Shown: positions 18,417 to 27,519 of the stretch, piece by piece
Position numbering within the stretch: position 1 is the first letter of the stretch
How the letters are laid out: each line of letters starts with the position of its first letter
NCBI GenBank assembly: GCA_043770395.1
Contig: JAYVII010000046.1
Span: forward strand, 1 to 31,468
Reading direction: 5' to 3'
From: a bacterium
GTDB lineage: Bacteria; Patescibacteriota; Minisyncoccia; Phycocordibacterales; UBA5272
Length of the DNA: 31,468 nt
Position numbers and translations under genes: made by a program
Notes under the pieces: generated by a model
What the model was told of the DNA's origin: nothing
The model's database searches: none
Seen by the model: only the letters and a program-made list of their open reading frames with translations

Positions 18417-21209
18417 ATGGAAGGACTTTCTAGAGAAAAGATAGGCGAAGATATAGATAAGGCTTTGGCCCATGTCACAGTAAATGGTGTAAACACTCAT
18501 GATAAAAGTGCTGACAAAAGTGTTGGCAATGGTAATAGATATGCTGTAAAGGCTCGAGACTTTATAGATCAAATTAGAAGAGATAGCATAAGTACTGTAG
18601 ACGGAATTAGAAGGAAGAACAGAAGCGATGAAGAAGTGGCAGCACTCGACTCTCTAGAAGCTCTTCTGGGTAGTACATCTGTCGGTGCCATACAAGCCAA
18701 GAGAGCGGCCGACGAGGCTATAGCCAAAGCCAAGATAGAGGAAGCTAAAACTAAGAGTAAAGATATTCACAATCCGTCAGACCTTGAAATGATGTCGGCT
18801 CTGGGAGATAGGGCAGTAGATTCTGTATACCTTAAACAGGTCAAGCAGGCTGTCAAGAAGAGAAGGAGATTGCTCTCTCAAATAAATAATATAAAAGCTG
18901 CTCTTTTACAATTAAAATCAATACAAGTAGAGAGAGGCACAGACCTTCAAAGGCTTGACCTAGAAAATAATGCAAATGTAAAATTAGAAAAGTTAAATAG
19001 AAGACTAAACGCTTTAAGGCGGCTAAATAGTAGTGCCTTCACTGTAATGGGTATATATGAATTGAAGAGATTAAGGACTGACGCTATAGCGGGTAAAATA
19101 GTCGAGACAGAATATGTGGCAGAGCAATTGGCAAAAGTAGAGCAAGGTATATTACAAGGCAAACCTATTTTTATCAAAGGCCCACCCGACACAGGCAAGA
19201 CCGAGCTGGCCAAACATGCAGCCACGAAGATCTTTAAATTAAAACAGAAAAAGACCTCTCCAGTAGGTGGAGTCAAGGGAGATGTTGAATCGCCTTTGAC
19301 AGGCGGAAGGGGTTTGAGTGGTGTTCCGTACTACATAGTGTCTGGTCAGAATAATATGGATAGTGGGGACATCGCCGGTCGGCATGCCATCAAGCAAAGT
19401 GTGCCGGACACAGCAAAGATGATAGAAGAAATAAATGCTGAAGTGGCTAAATATATGAATAGTCCAGAGGCTTATGTGCCGGTGGGTCCGAATAGAAAAG
19501 CATTATTAAATAAACAAAGAGATGCCTATCATAAATTAGCTGTAGCTATCATAGCGCCCAAATATCAAGCCGGCACTATCACAGACTTTGATATGGGGCC
19601 AATATACAAGGCCATGGAGCAAGGTGTGCCACTTATAATAGATGAAGCCAACACTATACCCCAGGGTGTATTGATATTACTCAATGATATATTGACCAAG
19701 GAGCCTGGCGACACAGTCACAGTACAAGAGGATGGAGGTAGTACAATAATAATCAAGAAGGGCTTTTGCATTATATCCACCGGTAACACTGGCCCACAAT
19801 ACAAAAGGAATCCTCTAGAGAGCGCTTGGAAAGATAGACAGGGCACAGTAATTGATTATGAATATTTACCAAATGCTGTGTCAGGTGGTATGGAATCTGG
19901 AGCAAAAGATAGTCAGCTCTGGCATATGATGCTGGCGCAAATGATAGACAGCAATGTCAGTCTGACTATGAATGAAGGTGACGTGGAAGAAATGTGGAGA
20001 CTATCCAAGGCTATAAGATTTGCTCAGGATGTATTTGAAGGTAAAGATGACGTGCCTATGCCGTCTGCTAATGGAGGTAGGTCCGCTCGCACTGCCAAAG
20101 ATATGATCAAGACCACAGCCATAAGTAATAGACTGGTAATGACAATACTTGAGGCCTATAAAGCAAATAATATGCAGAAAAGCTTTGAAGATTTGCTAAT
20201 GGAAAAATTTATAATAGAAAAAACCAATATAAATGAAGACGATGCTGATCGTGATAGTCGGGCGGCATACCTAGAAATATTTAAAAAGTGTGGCTACTTC
20301 ATAGATCCCAACAATCCAAATCTATACAAAAGTAGTAATTATAATATAAAGCAAAGTGTAGATGGTAAAATAAATATAAAAATAACAGGAAATACAAAAA
20401 GAGAAATAAAGCTGCGTACCTATTCATCTCGTGAAGTGACACAATTCGCTTATGGTAAAGCTCCAAGTATAAAGCAAAGTGAGAAAGATAAAATGATAGA
20501 CAGATATGAACAATTGTTAACTCCAGGGCAGAGATTAATCCTTGAGAAAGAGAAGCTAACTAAAGAACTTGCGAGACTGGCACAAGAGGCGGCTGATCTA
20601 GGAAATAGAATGAACAATCCACGGCCCCTCCCCAACCCTCTCCACAAGGGAGGGGGCCAACCAGACACTCAACCCACCACCCCAGTACCTACATCCCCAG
20701 ACCCTCTCTGGTCCCACCCAGACATCCAGTCCATAATGGACAAAGAATTAGTCAAAGGCATAGCAGGAGAAGTAGCTCCCGGTATAATATCTCTAGAAAC
20801 TAAAGATTATAAAGGCAAAACAGCAACTGAATTATTAGACCAAGGTAAATACGATACTGTAGAAAATTATCCAAAACAATATGACAGACCAGAAGACAAA
20901 ATCACAACAGACTCACTTGAAATAACATTTTTAAACCCAACCAAGTCCAGAAAAACAGCTGATATAAAAGCCGAAATGCATAGACTGGGAGTAAGACCAC
21001 TTAATGCTCATGAACTATATGCCCTTGGTATAAAATATCCAGAATTACAAAGGAAACAGGCTTTTATAGCCTTAGGCTCTGCTCAAACTTTCGGTGGTGA
21101 TATTCACTTCCCGTGTCTCTGGGGGTTTGACTCTGGGCGTTTGGTGTTCACGTATACCGACGTTGACGGTTGGAGTGACCGTTGTCGTTTCCCTGTCGTT
21201 CGCAAATAG
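18417..21209 (+). CDS. AAA_5/MoxR-midasin-like ATPase with coiled coils, Pro-rich linker and C-terminal putative C-type-lectin-like DGR target domain
   Basis: Walker A GPPDTGKT, Walker B LIIDEAN, sensor ISTGN, SAWKDR. C-terminus ...YPELQRKQAFIALGS...FPCLWG...GWSDRCRFPVVRK* resembles the pattern I recall for CPR DGR variable proteins. Start revised from 18369. Confidence 0.85.
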   Translation: MEGLSREKIGEDIDKALAHVTVNGVNTHDKSADKSVGNGNRYAVKARDFIDQIRRDSISTVDGIRRKNRSDEEVAALDSLEALLGSTSVGAIQAKRAADEAIAKAKIEEAKTKSKDIHNPSDLEMMSALGDRAVDSVYLKQVKQAVKKRRRLLSQINNIKAALLQLKSIQVERGTDLQRLDLENNANVKLEKLNRRLNALRRLNSSAFTVMGIYELKRLRTDAIAGKIVETEYVAEQLAKVEQGILQGKPIFIKGPPDTGKTELAKHAATKIFKLKQKKTSPVGGVKGDVESPLTGGRGLSGVPYYIVSGQNNMDSGDIAGRHAIKQSVPDTAKMIEEINAEVAKYMNSPEAYVPVGPNRKALLNKQRDAYHKLAVAIIAPKYQAGTITDFDMGPIYKAMEQGVPLIIDEANTIPQGVLILLNDILTKEPGDTVTVQEDGGSTIIIKKGFCIISTGNTGPQYKRNPLESAWKDRQGTVIDYEYLPNAVSGGMESGAKDSQLWHMMLAQMIDSNVSLTMNEGDVEEMWRLSKAIRFAQDVFEGKDDVPMPSANGGRSARTAKDMIKTTAISNRLVMTILEAYKANNMQKSFEDLLMEKFIIEKTNINEDDADRDSRAAYLEIFKKCGYFIDPNNPNLYKSSNYNIKQSVDGKINIKITGNTKREIKLRTYSSREVTQFAYGKAPSIKQSEKDKMIDRYEQLLTPGQRLILEKEKLTKELARLAQEAADLGNRMNNPRPLPNPLHKGGGQPDTQPTTPVPTSPDPLWSHPDIQSIMDKELVKGIAGEVAPGIISLETKDYKGKTATELLDQGKYDTVENYPKQYDRPEDKITTDSLEITFLNPTKSRKTADIKAEMHRLGVRPLNAHELYALGIKYPELQRKQAFIALGSAQTFGGDIHFPCLWGFDSGRLVFTYTDVDGWSDRCRFPVVRK
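20623..20658 (+). repeat. C-rich/G-rich imperfect palindrome encoding PLPNPLHKGGG
   Basis: ggcccctccccaaccctctccacaagggagggggcc; the two ends are near reverse complements. Confidence 0.55.
21090..21209 (+). other. Putative DGR variable region (VR) with 3' conserved end; no TR or RT in the window
   Basis: 11 A in 114 nt (21090-21203) versus 50 A in 120 nt at 20941-21060. Of 38 codons, 30 end in C/T, 8 in G and none in A. Confidence 0.75.
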
Positions 21210-21262
21210 GTCTTGATATTGTATAAAAAGTCAAAAAGTGTTATTGTGTATGGGAAATTAAT

Positions 21263-23875
21263 ATGAATAAAAGTAAGAAAATAGAGCCGGTAGACAAAAT
21301 AATAGTGCGCGGAGCGAGGACTCATAATTTGAAAAATATCACAGTCGAAATGCCGAGAGGCAAAATGATTGTGTTTACTGGATTATCTGGATCAGGTAAA
21401 TCTTCGCTGGCTTTTGATACTATATTTGCCGAGGGGCAGAGGAGATATATAGAAAGCTTGTCTGCTTATGCTAGACAATTCCTTAATCAAATGCAAAAGC
21501 CAGACGTGGACGAGATAATAGGACTATCTCCATCTATATCTATAGATCAGAAGTCAGCAGGGCGGAATCCCCGCTCTACTGTAGCGACCATCACAGAAAT
21601 ATATGACTATTTGCGTGTGCTATATGCCCGCATAGGCAAGCCCTATTGTGTGGACTGTGGTGAGAGGATACAAAGACTGAGTAATGAGGAAATTATAAAC
21701 TTTATTCTTGATAAAATTAAAAAGATAAAGTACAATGACATCAAGACAAATATGCTGGGCGTAGAGTATAGTCATCACAATGTGAATATATTGGCTCCTA
21801 TAGTGCGTGGACGTAAGGGTGAATATTATCAAATGCTTTATGATTATCTGGGTAAAGGCTATGGTGAAGTGATGGTGGACGGCGAGAGGAAAAGCTTGCG
21901 TGAGCAAATCACAATGGACAAAAACAAAAAGCATAATATATCAGTGTTGATAGATTCTATAACCATAGATGAATTAAAGAAAAAAGATGTAGCCAAGGAC
22001 TCTATGATGAGACTGCATGAAGCGGTAGAAAGAGCCATGCATGAGTCAGGTGGATTATTAGAAATAGATATTTTGGGAGAAGTGTCGGTAATGAGTAATA
22101 AGTTTTCTTGTGCCAATTGTGGATTTTCTTTTCCTGAAATAGAGCCCAGATTATTTTCTTTCAATTCTCCATATGGAGCTTGTGCTACTTGTAATGGATT
22201 GGGTGTTAAATATGTAGGAGCATTGGACGCTTGTGAAGATTGTGAGGGTAAGAGATTGAGAAAAGAAGCCCTAAATGTATTCCTTGATGGAGAAAATAAA
22301 ATTAATATAGTAGATATTACAAATTTATCAATAGAGGACGCTCAGAAATACTTTGTGCAATTACCACTCACAGATAAAGAAAAAGAAATAGCTAAAGTGG
22401 TGGTGAATGAAATAGAATCAAGGCTGGACTTTATGTTAAATGTCGGGCTGAATTATTTACAATTAAATAGAAAGGCCGACACTCTCTCGGGTGGTGAGGC
22501 TCAACGTATAAGGTTGGCATCACAACTAGGTAGCAAATTAGTTGGTGCCTTGTATGTGCTGGATGAGCCGACAATTGGCCTGCATCAAAGAGATAATGCT
22601 AAGCTTATACAGACTTTGATAGAACTACGAGACATGGGCAATACCATTATAATCGTAGAGCATGATGAAGATACTATATACGCTAGTGATTATATAGTAG
22701 ACATCGGACCCAAGGCCGGAGTGCATGGTGGAGAAGTAATAGTCTCTGGATATTTGGATGAATTATTAACAGCCAAGACAAATAGTAGCAAATCATCCAC
22801 CCTCGCCTATTTGCGTGGAGAAAAGTCCATACCATTACCAAAGGAGAGAAGGAGCAAAGAGCTAGGCAAAATAACAGTTAGAGGTGGCAATGTTTTTAAT
22901 ATTAAAAATATGAATGTGGATATACCACTAGGACGCATGATATCTATTACTGGAGTGTCTGGTAGTGGTAAAAGTACTTTTATGTATGAGATTTTAAATA
23001 GAAATTTAGAAGCCAGACTAGAGCGCGCCAAGAGAAGCCCAAAGATGTTTAATTGTGATAACTTTACTGGAGCAGAGTATGTGAGTCGCGTAGTATTAAT
23101 AGATCAGTCAGCCATAGGTCGCACACCAAGGTCCAATCCAGCCACATATACTGGTGCCTGGACACATGTAAGAGATCTTTATGCTGAGACAGCAGATGCA
23201 AAGGTGAGAGGGTGGAAAGCCTCCAGATTTTCATTCAATGTAAGGGGGGGTCGTTGTGAAGCCTGCGACGGTAATGGAGAAATAGCCGTAGAGATGCATT
23301 TCTTGCCTACTGTATATGTCAGATGTGATGTCTGTAATGGTAAAAGGTTTATGAAAGAAACTCTGGAAATAAAATGGAGAGGTAAAAGTATCTATGATAT
23401 ATTGTGCATGACAGTGGAGGAGGCCCTTACCTTTTTCCAGGACATACCAGCAATATATGATAGAGTAAAGACACTGAACGAAGTAGGTCTAGGATATTTA
23501 GAACTTGGGCAAAGTGCCACCACACTTTCGGGTGGTGAAGCTCAAAGAGTAAAAATAAGTAGTGAATTGTATCGCACACATGTAGAAAAGACTATATATT
23601 TATTAGATGAGCCCTCTATTGGTTTACATTATGATGACATACAAAAGCTAATAGAAATATTAAATAGATTAGTAGATAAAGGTAATACTGTGATGCTTAT
23701 AGAGCATAATTTAGATATAATAAAAAGTTGCGATCATATAATTGACATCGGTCCTGATGGTGGAGTGGGTGGTGGTAATTTGGTAGCGCACGGCACACCA
23801 GAGCAAGTAGCAAATAATAAAAATTCTTATACAGGGCAGTATTTAAAGAAAGTTTTGAAATCTAATAAAAAGTAA
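21263..23875 (+). CDS. uvrA: Excinuclease ABC subunit A
   Basis: GARTHNLKN, GLSGSGKSS, FAEGQRRYIESLS, LSGGEAQR twice, GVSGSGKST, CEACDGNG/CDVCNG zinc finger. Confidence 0.98.
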   Translation: MNKSKKIEPVDKIIVRGARTHNLKNITVEMPRGKMIVFTGLSGSGKSSLAFDTIFAEGQRRYIESLSAYARQFLNQMQKPDVDEIIGLSPSISIDQKSAGRNPRSTVATITEIYDYLRVLYARIGKPYCVDCGERIQRLSNEEIINFILDKIKKIKYNDIKTNMLGVEYSHHNVNILAPIVRGRKGEYYQMLYDYLGKGYGEVMVDGERKSLREQITMDKNKKHNISVLIDSITIDELKKKDVAKDSMMRLHEAVERAMHESGGLLEIDILGEVSVMSNKFSCANCGFSFPEIEPRLFSFNSPYGACATCNGLGVKYVGALDACEDCEGKRLRKEALNVFLDGENKINIVDITNLSIEDAQKYFVQLPLTDKEKEIAKVVVNEIESRLDFMLNVGLNYLQLNRKADTLSGGEAQRIRLASQLGSKLVGALYVLDEPTIGLHQRDNAKLIQTLIELRDMGNTIIIVEHDEDTIYASDYIVDIGPKAGVHGGEVIVSGYLDELLTAKTNSSKSSTLAYLRGEKSIPLPKERRSKELGKITVRGGNVFNIKNMNVDIPLGRMISITGVSGSGKSTFMYEILNRNLEARLERAKRSPKMFNCDNFTGAEYVSRVVLIDQSAIGRTPRSNPATYTGAWTHVRDLYAETADAKVRGWKASRFSFNVRGGRCEACDGNGEIAVEMHFLPTVYVRCDVCNGKRFMKETLEIKWRGKSIYDILCMTVEEALTFFQDIPAIYDRVKTLNEVGLGYLELGQSATTLSGGEAQRVKISSELYRTHVEKTIYLLDEPSIGLHYDDIQKLIEILNRLVDKGNTVMLIEHNLDIIKSCDHIIDIGPDGGVGGGNLVAHGTPEQVANNKNSYTGQYLKKVLKSNKK

Positions 23876-23907
23876 ATATAAAAACGTAGAAGAATATCAT
23901 TTGTATT

Positions 23908-24780
23908 TTAATGTGCCAATGCCATAGCCATGATATGATCGCTGGGGATGCCTTGTTTTACAAGTGTTTTTCTGGCTTCATATAAAGTCGCACCCGTGGT
24001 TGTCACATCGTCTATTAATATGTATAGATTATTTTCTGCGCTGTTATGCGTTTCCAATTCAGTGGGGCGGCCGCAGGCCGCCCCACTGAATTGGAATATG
24101 GGATTGATCGCAAAGACACCTTCTAAACTTTGTATTCTCTCATCTTTGTTGTTGGTCTGAGAAAGTTTGATAGAACTTTTATTTCTAATCAAAAGATTTT
24201 GTATAGAAAAATTAATTTGTTGTTTATATAAATTGTTTATTTTTCTATTAGTTTCTTCTTCTTTATATTTTAGAGAAGTAGACATTTGATTGTTAGCAAA
24301 TGTTTCTAGCAGTGCTTCGCAAATAAATTGAGACTGATTATAACCTCTTGTTTTTTGTCTGTCTGGTGAAAGTGGTATGGGTATCAATATATATTTATTT
24401 ATTTTAGAACTTTTTGAGTTGTCATTGCTTTCCAGATTATGGAAACGTATATACTCGTCAATTTTTTCTAAATAAAATTTATATATATGAGTCACTATAT
24501 CGTAAATTAAAGATTTCTTATTATAATATTTAATTGAGTGTATTATTTTTTGTATATTATTATGTATTTTTTTATTTCTGTCACTATTGTATTTGTCATT
24601 ATCACTATTATATTTATAATAAGCATATATCCAAGGTACTCCTATATTTTCTGATCTTGATAATTTATTATGACATTCATTACAAAGAGATTGGTCACTT
24701 TTATATTGCTTACACAAAATACAATTTTGAGGAATTAATAAATTCAATATAAAAAATAGTAAATTAAAACTTTTTAACAT
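23908..24780 (-). CDS. comF: ComF-family competence protein (double zinc ribbon plus PRTase fold); start 24780 or 24804
   Basis: CILC...CNEC, IPIPLS...RGYNQS, LIDDVTTTGATL. Confidence 0.9.
   Translation of the reverse strand: MLKSFNLLFFILNLLIPQNCILCKQYKSDQSLCNECHNKLSRSENIGVPWIYAYYKYNSDNDKYNSDRNKKIHNNIQKIIHSIKYYNKKSLIYDIVTHIYKFYLEKIDEYIRFHNLESNDNSKSSKINKYILIPIPLSPDRQKTRGYNQSQFICEALLETFANNQMSTSLKYKEEETNRKINNLYKQQINFSIQNLLIRNKSSIKLSQTNNKDERIQSLEGVFAINPIFQFSGAACGRPTELETHNSAENNLYILIDDVTTTGATLYEARKTLVKQGIPSDHIMAMALAH
24052..24096 (+). repeat. Perfect 21-bp inverted repeat with GCA triloop inside comF
   Basis: ttccaattcagtggggcggcc-GCA-ggccgccccactgaattggaa (45 nt). Confidence 0.92.
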
Positions 24781-24817
24781 TTTATTAATTATATTATACC
24801 TCATAAGGTATATAATG

Positions 24818-24826
24818 TGCTATTAT
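24818..24826 (+). promoter_or_regulatory. Extended -10 (TGcTATTAT) 6 nt before the pilM ATG
   Basis: TGCTATTAT-gtatat-ATG(24833). Confidence 0.55.
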
Positions 24827-24832
24827 GTATAT

Positions 24833-25906
24833 ATGTTTAATATATTTGGCAATAATGATATAGAAATAGGTGTAGGCCTAGATATAGGGCATAATACTAT
24901 AAAAGTGGTAGAACTGCGCAGAGACAAAGAAGGTGTAAATATACAAAATTATGGTGAAGTAGAATTATTTTCTTATGCTGGATTAGAAATGGGACAATCT
25001 GTGGGGTTGTCTAATGAACAAATTGCAAAAGCTATTAAAGATTTATTAGAAAAAAGTAAAATAGGTATAAAAAATATCTACGTATCTGTACCGTCTATTG
25101 AGTCCTATATATTTACTATAAACGTAAAAGAGGTAGAGGGTATAGAAATGTCCAATGTGATAGATTTAGAAATAAGGAAATACATACCTATGCCTATAAC
25201 AGAATTAGCTGTGGATCATTGGCCAATTAGTAAAGATATAGATAAAGGTGAAATGAAATTATCGGTAATAGCAGTAAACAAATCAGTAATAGACAAATAC
25301 ATAAATATTTTTAAAAAAGCTGAACTAAATATATTGGAGGTAGAGATGGAGACTTTTTCTGCTGTTAGGGCCTTAAATTTAAATGATAAAAATTATTTAC
25401 TTATTGACTCCGGAGGTTCGTATACTACAGCGACCTTGATTATTAAGGGTATTTTGTACAAAAGCCAAACTATACAAATAGGTGGTAACAATATAACTAG
25501 TGTTATAAAGAATAGCATAATGAAATCTTCTTATAAAGAAACAGAAATTTTAAAAAGGCAATTAATTGATAAAGAAATAGAGAATAATTCTATGATGAAT
25601 ATAATGGATATGTCGACTTATCCACTATTAGAAGAACTGGGACATATCGCCGAAAACATGGAAAGGGAGTATAATCTAATTATAGATGAGGTTATATTTG
25701 TAGGTGGTAATGCCAAGGCTTGTGCTGACAATGCTAGGATTAAAGATTTTTTTAAGACTATTGTTAAAGTTGGTTCTGGCTTTGAAAAATTAAATTATCC
25801 AAAATATTTGGTTAATTTGATTAACCGTGTCGGCCCCTCATATAGTATAGCCTGTGGCCTAGCACTTAAATCTTTTATAAAAAACAATGAATCCAAACAG
25901 TCTTAG
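24833..25906 (+). CDS. pilM: Type IV pilus assembly protein PilM (actin-like; start revised from 24815)
   Basis: VGLDIGHNTIKVVEL, EIRKYIPMP, EMETFSAVRAL, LIDSGG, IGGNNIT, ACGLAL. Confidence 0.92.
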   Translation: MFNIFGNNDIEIGVGLDIGHNTIKVVELRRDKEGVNIQNYGEVELFSYAGLEMGQSVGLSNEQIAKAIKDLLEKSKIGIKNIYVSVPSIESYIFTINVKEVEGIEMSNVIDLEIRKYIPMPITELAVDHWPISKDIDKGEMKLSVIAVNKSVIDKYINIFKKAELNILEVEMETFSAVRALNLNDKNYLLIDSGGSYTTATLIIKGILYKSQTIQIGGNNITSVIKNSIMKSSYKETEILKRQLIDKEIENNSMMNIMDMSTYPLLEELGHIAENMEREYNLIIDEVIFVGGNAKACADNARIKDFFKTIVKVGSGFEKLNYPKYLVNLINRVGPSYSIACGLALKSFIKNNESKQS

Positions 25907-26735
25907 CAATAATACAAATACAGTAGGCGCAGTCAGACTCACAAATGCTGCTGGTGGTTTTACTGGGGGTATAAAACCAATAGATAAAAAAATTACCCCG
26001 TCTAATCCTTTTGTAAAAGTCGGCTATATGTTATTAACATTTAGTTTTATTTTAAGTATAGGAATTTATTTTTATGATCAATATTTACAAAAGCTTTCCG
26101 CTCAAACTCTTAGTGAATCTCTGCAATACAGAGACGAAGTAAAAAATATACCACTAATAGAAATGCATGATTTATTAAATAAATTAACTTCTTTTAATGA
26201 TGTAGCTAGTAAACATACCAAAGTAACAACAGTTTTCAAATTTATGGAGACTATGACTAACAAAAATGTGTATTGGAAAGGTATGTCATTGCGCTTCAAT
26301 GAAAAGGGCATAATGGAAGTAAATTTATCTGGTGCTGCTAGTAATTATGCTGCTCTCATACAACAATTAGATGAATTAAAAGATAGCAAGTATAGAGAAT
26401 TCATCTCTGTACCAGTTATAAGCGGCACAGTAAATAAAGTAGATGATAAAATTAATAATAAATCAGAAGTTTTATTTGCTATAAAATTTAATTTTTTAAT
26501 TCCTTATGAAGAATCAAAGGACGGAGCAATATTTGCTAAGTTATTTTATGATTACAAAAATAATAATGTAAATTCAAAATTGAATGGAACTAGTAGTTTG
26601 CCGTTAATTATAGCTACGGGCACACAAGCCAGTTCTTCACTAATAAAATTTGCCCCTAGTAGTAGTACTGCCACTACAACTATAATAAAAAATACTCAAA
26701 AAAATATTAATAATTTAATAAAAAATGTACCATGA
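25887..26735 (+). CDS. pilN: PilN-like type IV pilus alignment protein
   Basis: Single N-proximal TM, coiled coil, LSGAASNY-type beta segment; overlaps pilM and pilO. Confidence 0.7.
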   Translation: MNPNSLSNNTNTVGAVRLTNAAGGFTGGIKPIDKKITPSNPFVKVGYMLLTFSFILSIGIYFYDQYLQKLSAQTLSESLQYRDEVKNIPLIEMHDLLNKLTSFNDVASKHTKVTTVFKFMETMTNKNVYWKGMSLRFNEKGIMEVNLSGAASNYAALIQQLDELKDSKYREFISVPVISGTVNKVDDKINNKSEVLFAIKFNFLIPYEESKDGAIFAKLFYDYKNNNVNSKLNGTSSLPLIIATGTQASSSLIKFAPSSSTATTTIIKNTQKNINNLIKNVP

Positions 26736-27517
26736 GCAATCAATTAAAATTTATTTTCTTATACGGTGTATCAGGAGCATTAATATGGATGTTTATATTG
26801 CCATCATATAATGGATCTGGTTATAATATTTTAAATAGAGAGTCTTTGATGAAAAAATATGAAGATCAAAAGAACGCCGAAGCATTAAAAGAAAAAGCAA
26901 AACTTTTGGCTGATGACGGGAAACAGCTAGCTGAACAGTATATAAACTTTAAGGATTCAGATAGAAAAAAGCTTCTATCTGCAATACCGCTAGGAGTTGA
27001 CATTGTCAGAGCTCTAAACGAGATAACAGCAATAACAGAAAGTTCTAAAATAGGAACAAAATCTATTTCTTATGGTGAAAATGATGGTGAAAATAACAAA
27101 AATAAATTATATGTACCGATTACCTTTAATATAGGTGTAAGTTCTTCTTATGATCAAATTTATAATTATATAGAAAAATTACAAAATAATTTAAGGATTT
27201 TTAATATACAAAGCCTTGATTTGAGGGTTAATAAAGTAGAGAATAAAATAGATGTTACATTAGCTTTTTCAACTTTTTACTTTAATGCAAACTCTGAGTT
27301 GATAAACAGTAATAGAGGAGATGAAAAATTGGACACTTTAGAAAGTGTTATAAATAGCCATGTGTTTAGGGAGGTGGATGCCATATTAAGTCTGAGTAAA
27401 AAAATGGGTAATAAAATAGAGATTAATCCAATTATATCAGATCTAGTAGACACAACTATATTGATAGACAGACAAATAGTTACTCAGAGGTCAAATCCTT
27501 TTATCTATAAATTTTAA
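26732..27517 (+). CDS. pilO: PilO-like type IV pilus alignment protein
   Basis: N-terminal TM, coiled coil, LLSAIP, SYDQIYNYIEKLQNNLRIFNI; position in the operon. Confidence 0.75.
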   Translation: MSNQLKFIFLYGVSGALIWMFILPSYNGSGYNILNRESLMKKYEDQKNAEALKEKAKLLADDGKQLAEQYINFKDSDRKKLLSAIPLGVDIVRALNEITAITESSKIGTKSISYGENDGENNKNKLYVPITFNIGVSSSYDQIYNYIEKLQNNLRIFNIQSLDLRVNKVENKIDVTLAFSTFYFNANSELINSNRGDEKLDTLESVINSHVFREVDAILSLSKKMGNKIEINPIISDLVDTTILIDRQIVTQRSNPFIYKF

Positions 27518-27519
27518 TT

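Noticed and set aside
21210-21262. Homing hairpin after the putative VR
   Set aside because: The 53-bp gap is AT-rich with no convincing stem.
24313-24321. tgcGAAgca mini-hairpin on the minus strand in comF
   Set aside because: Only a 3-bp stem, explained by Cys-Glu-Ala codons.
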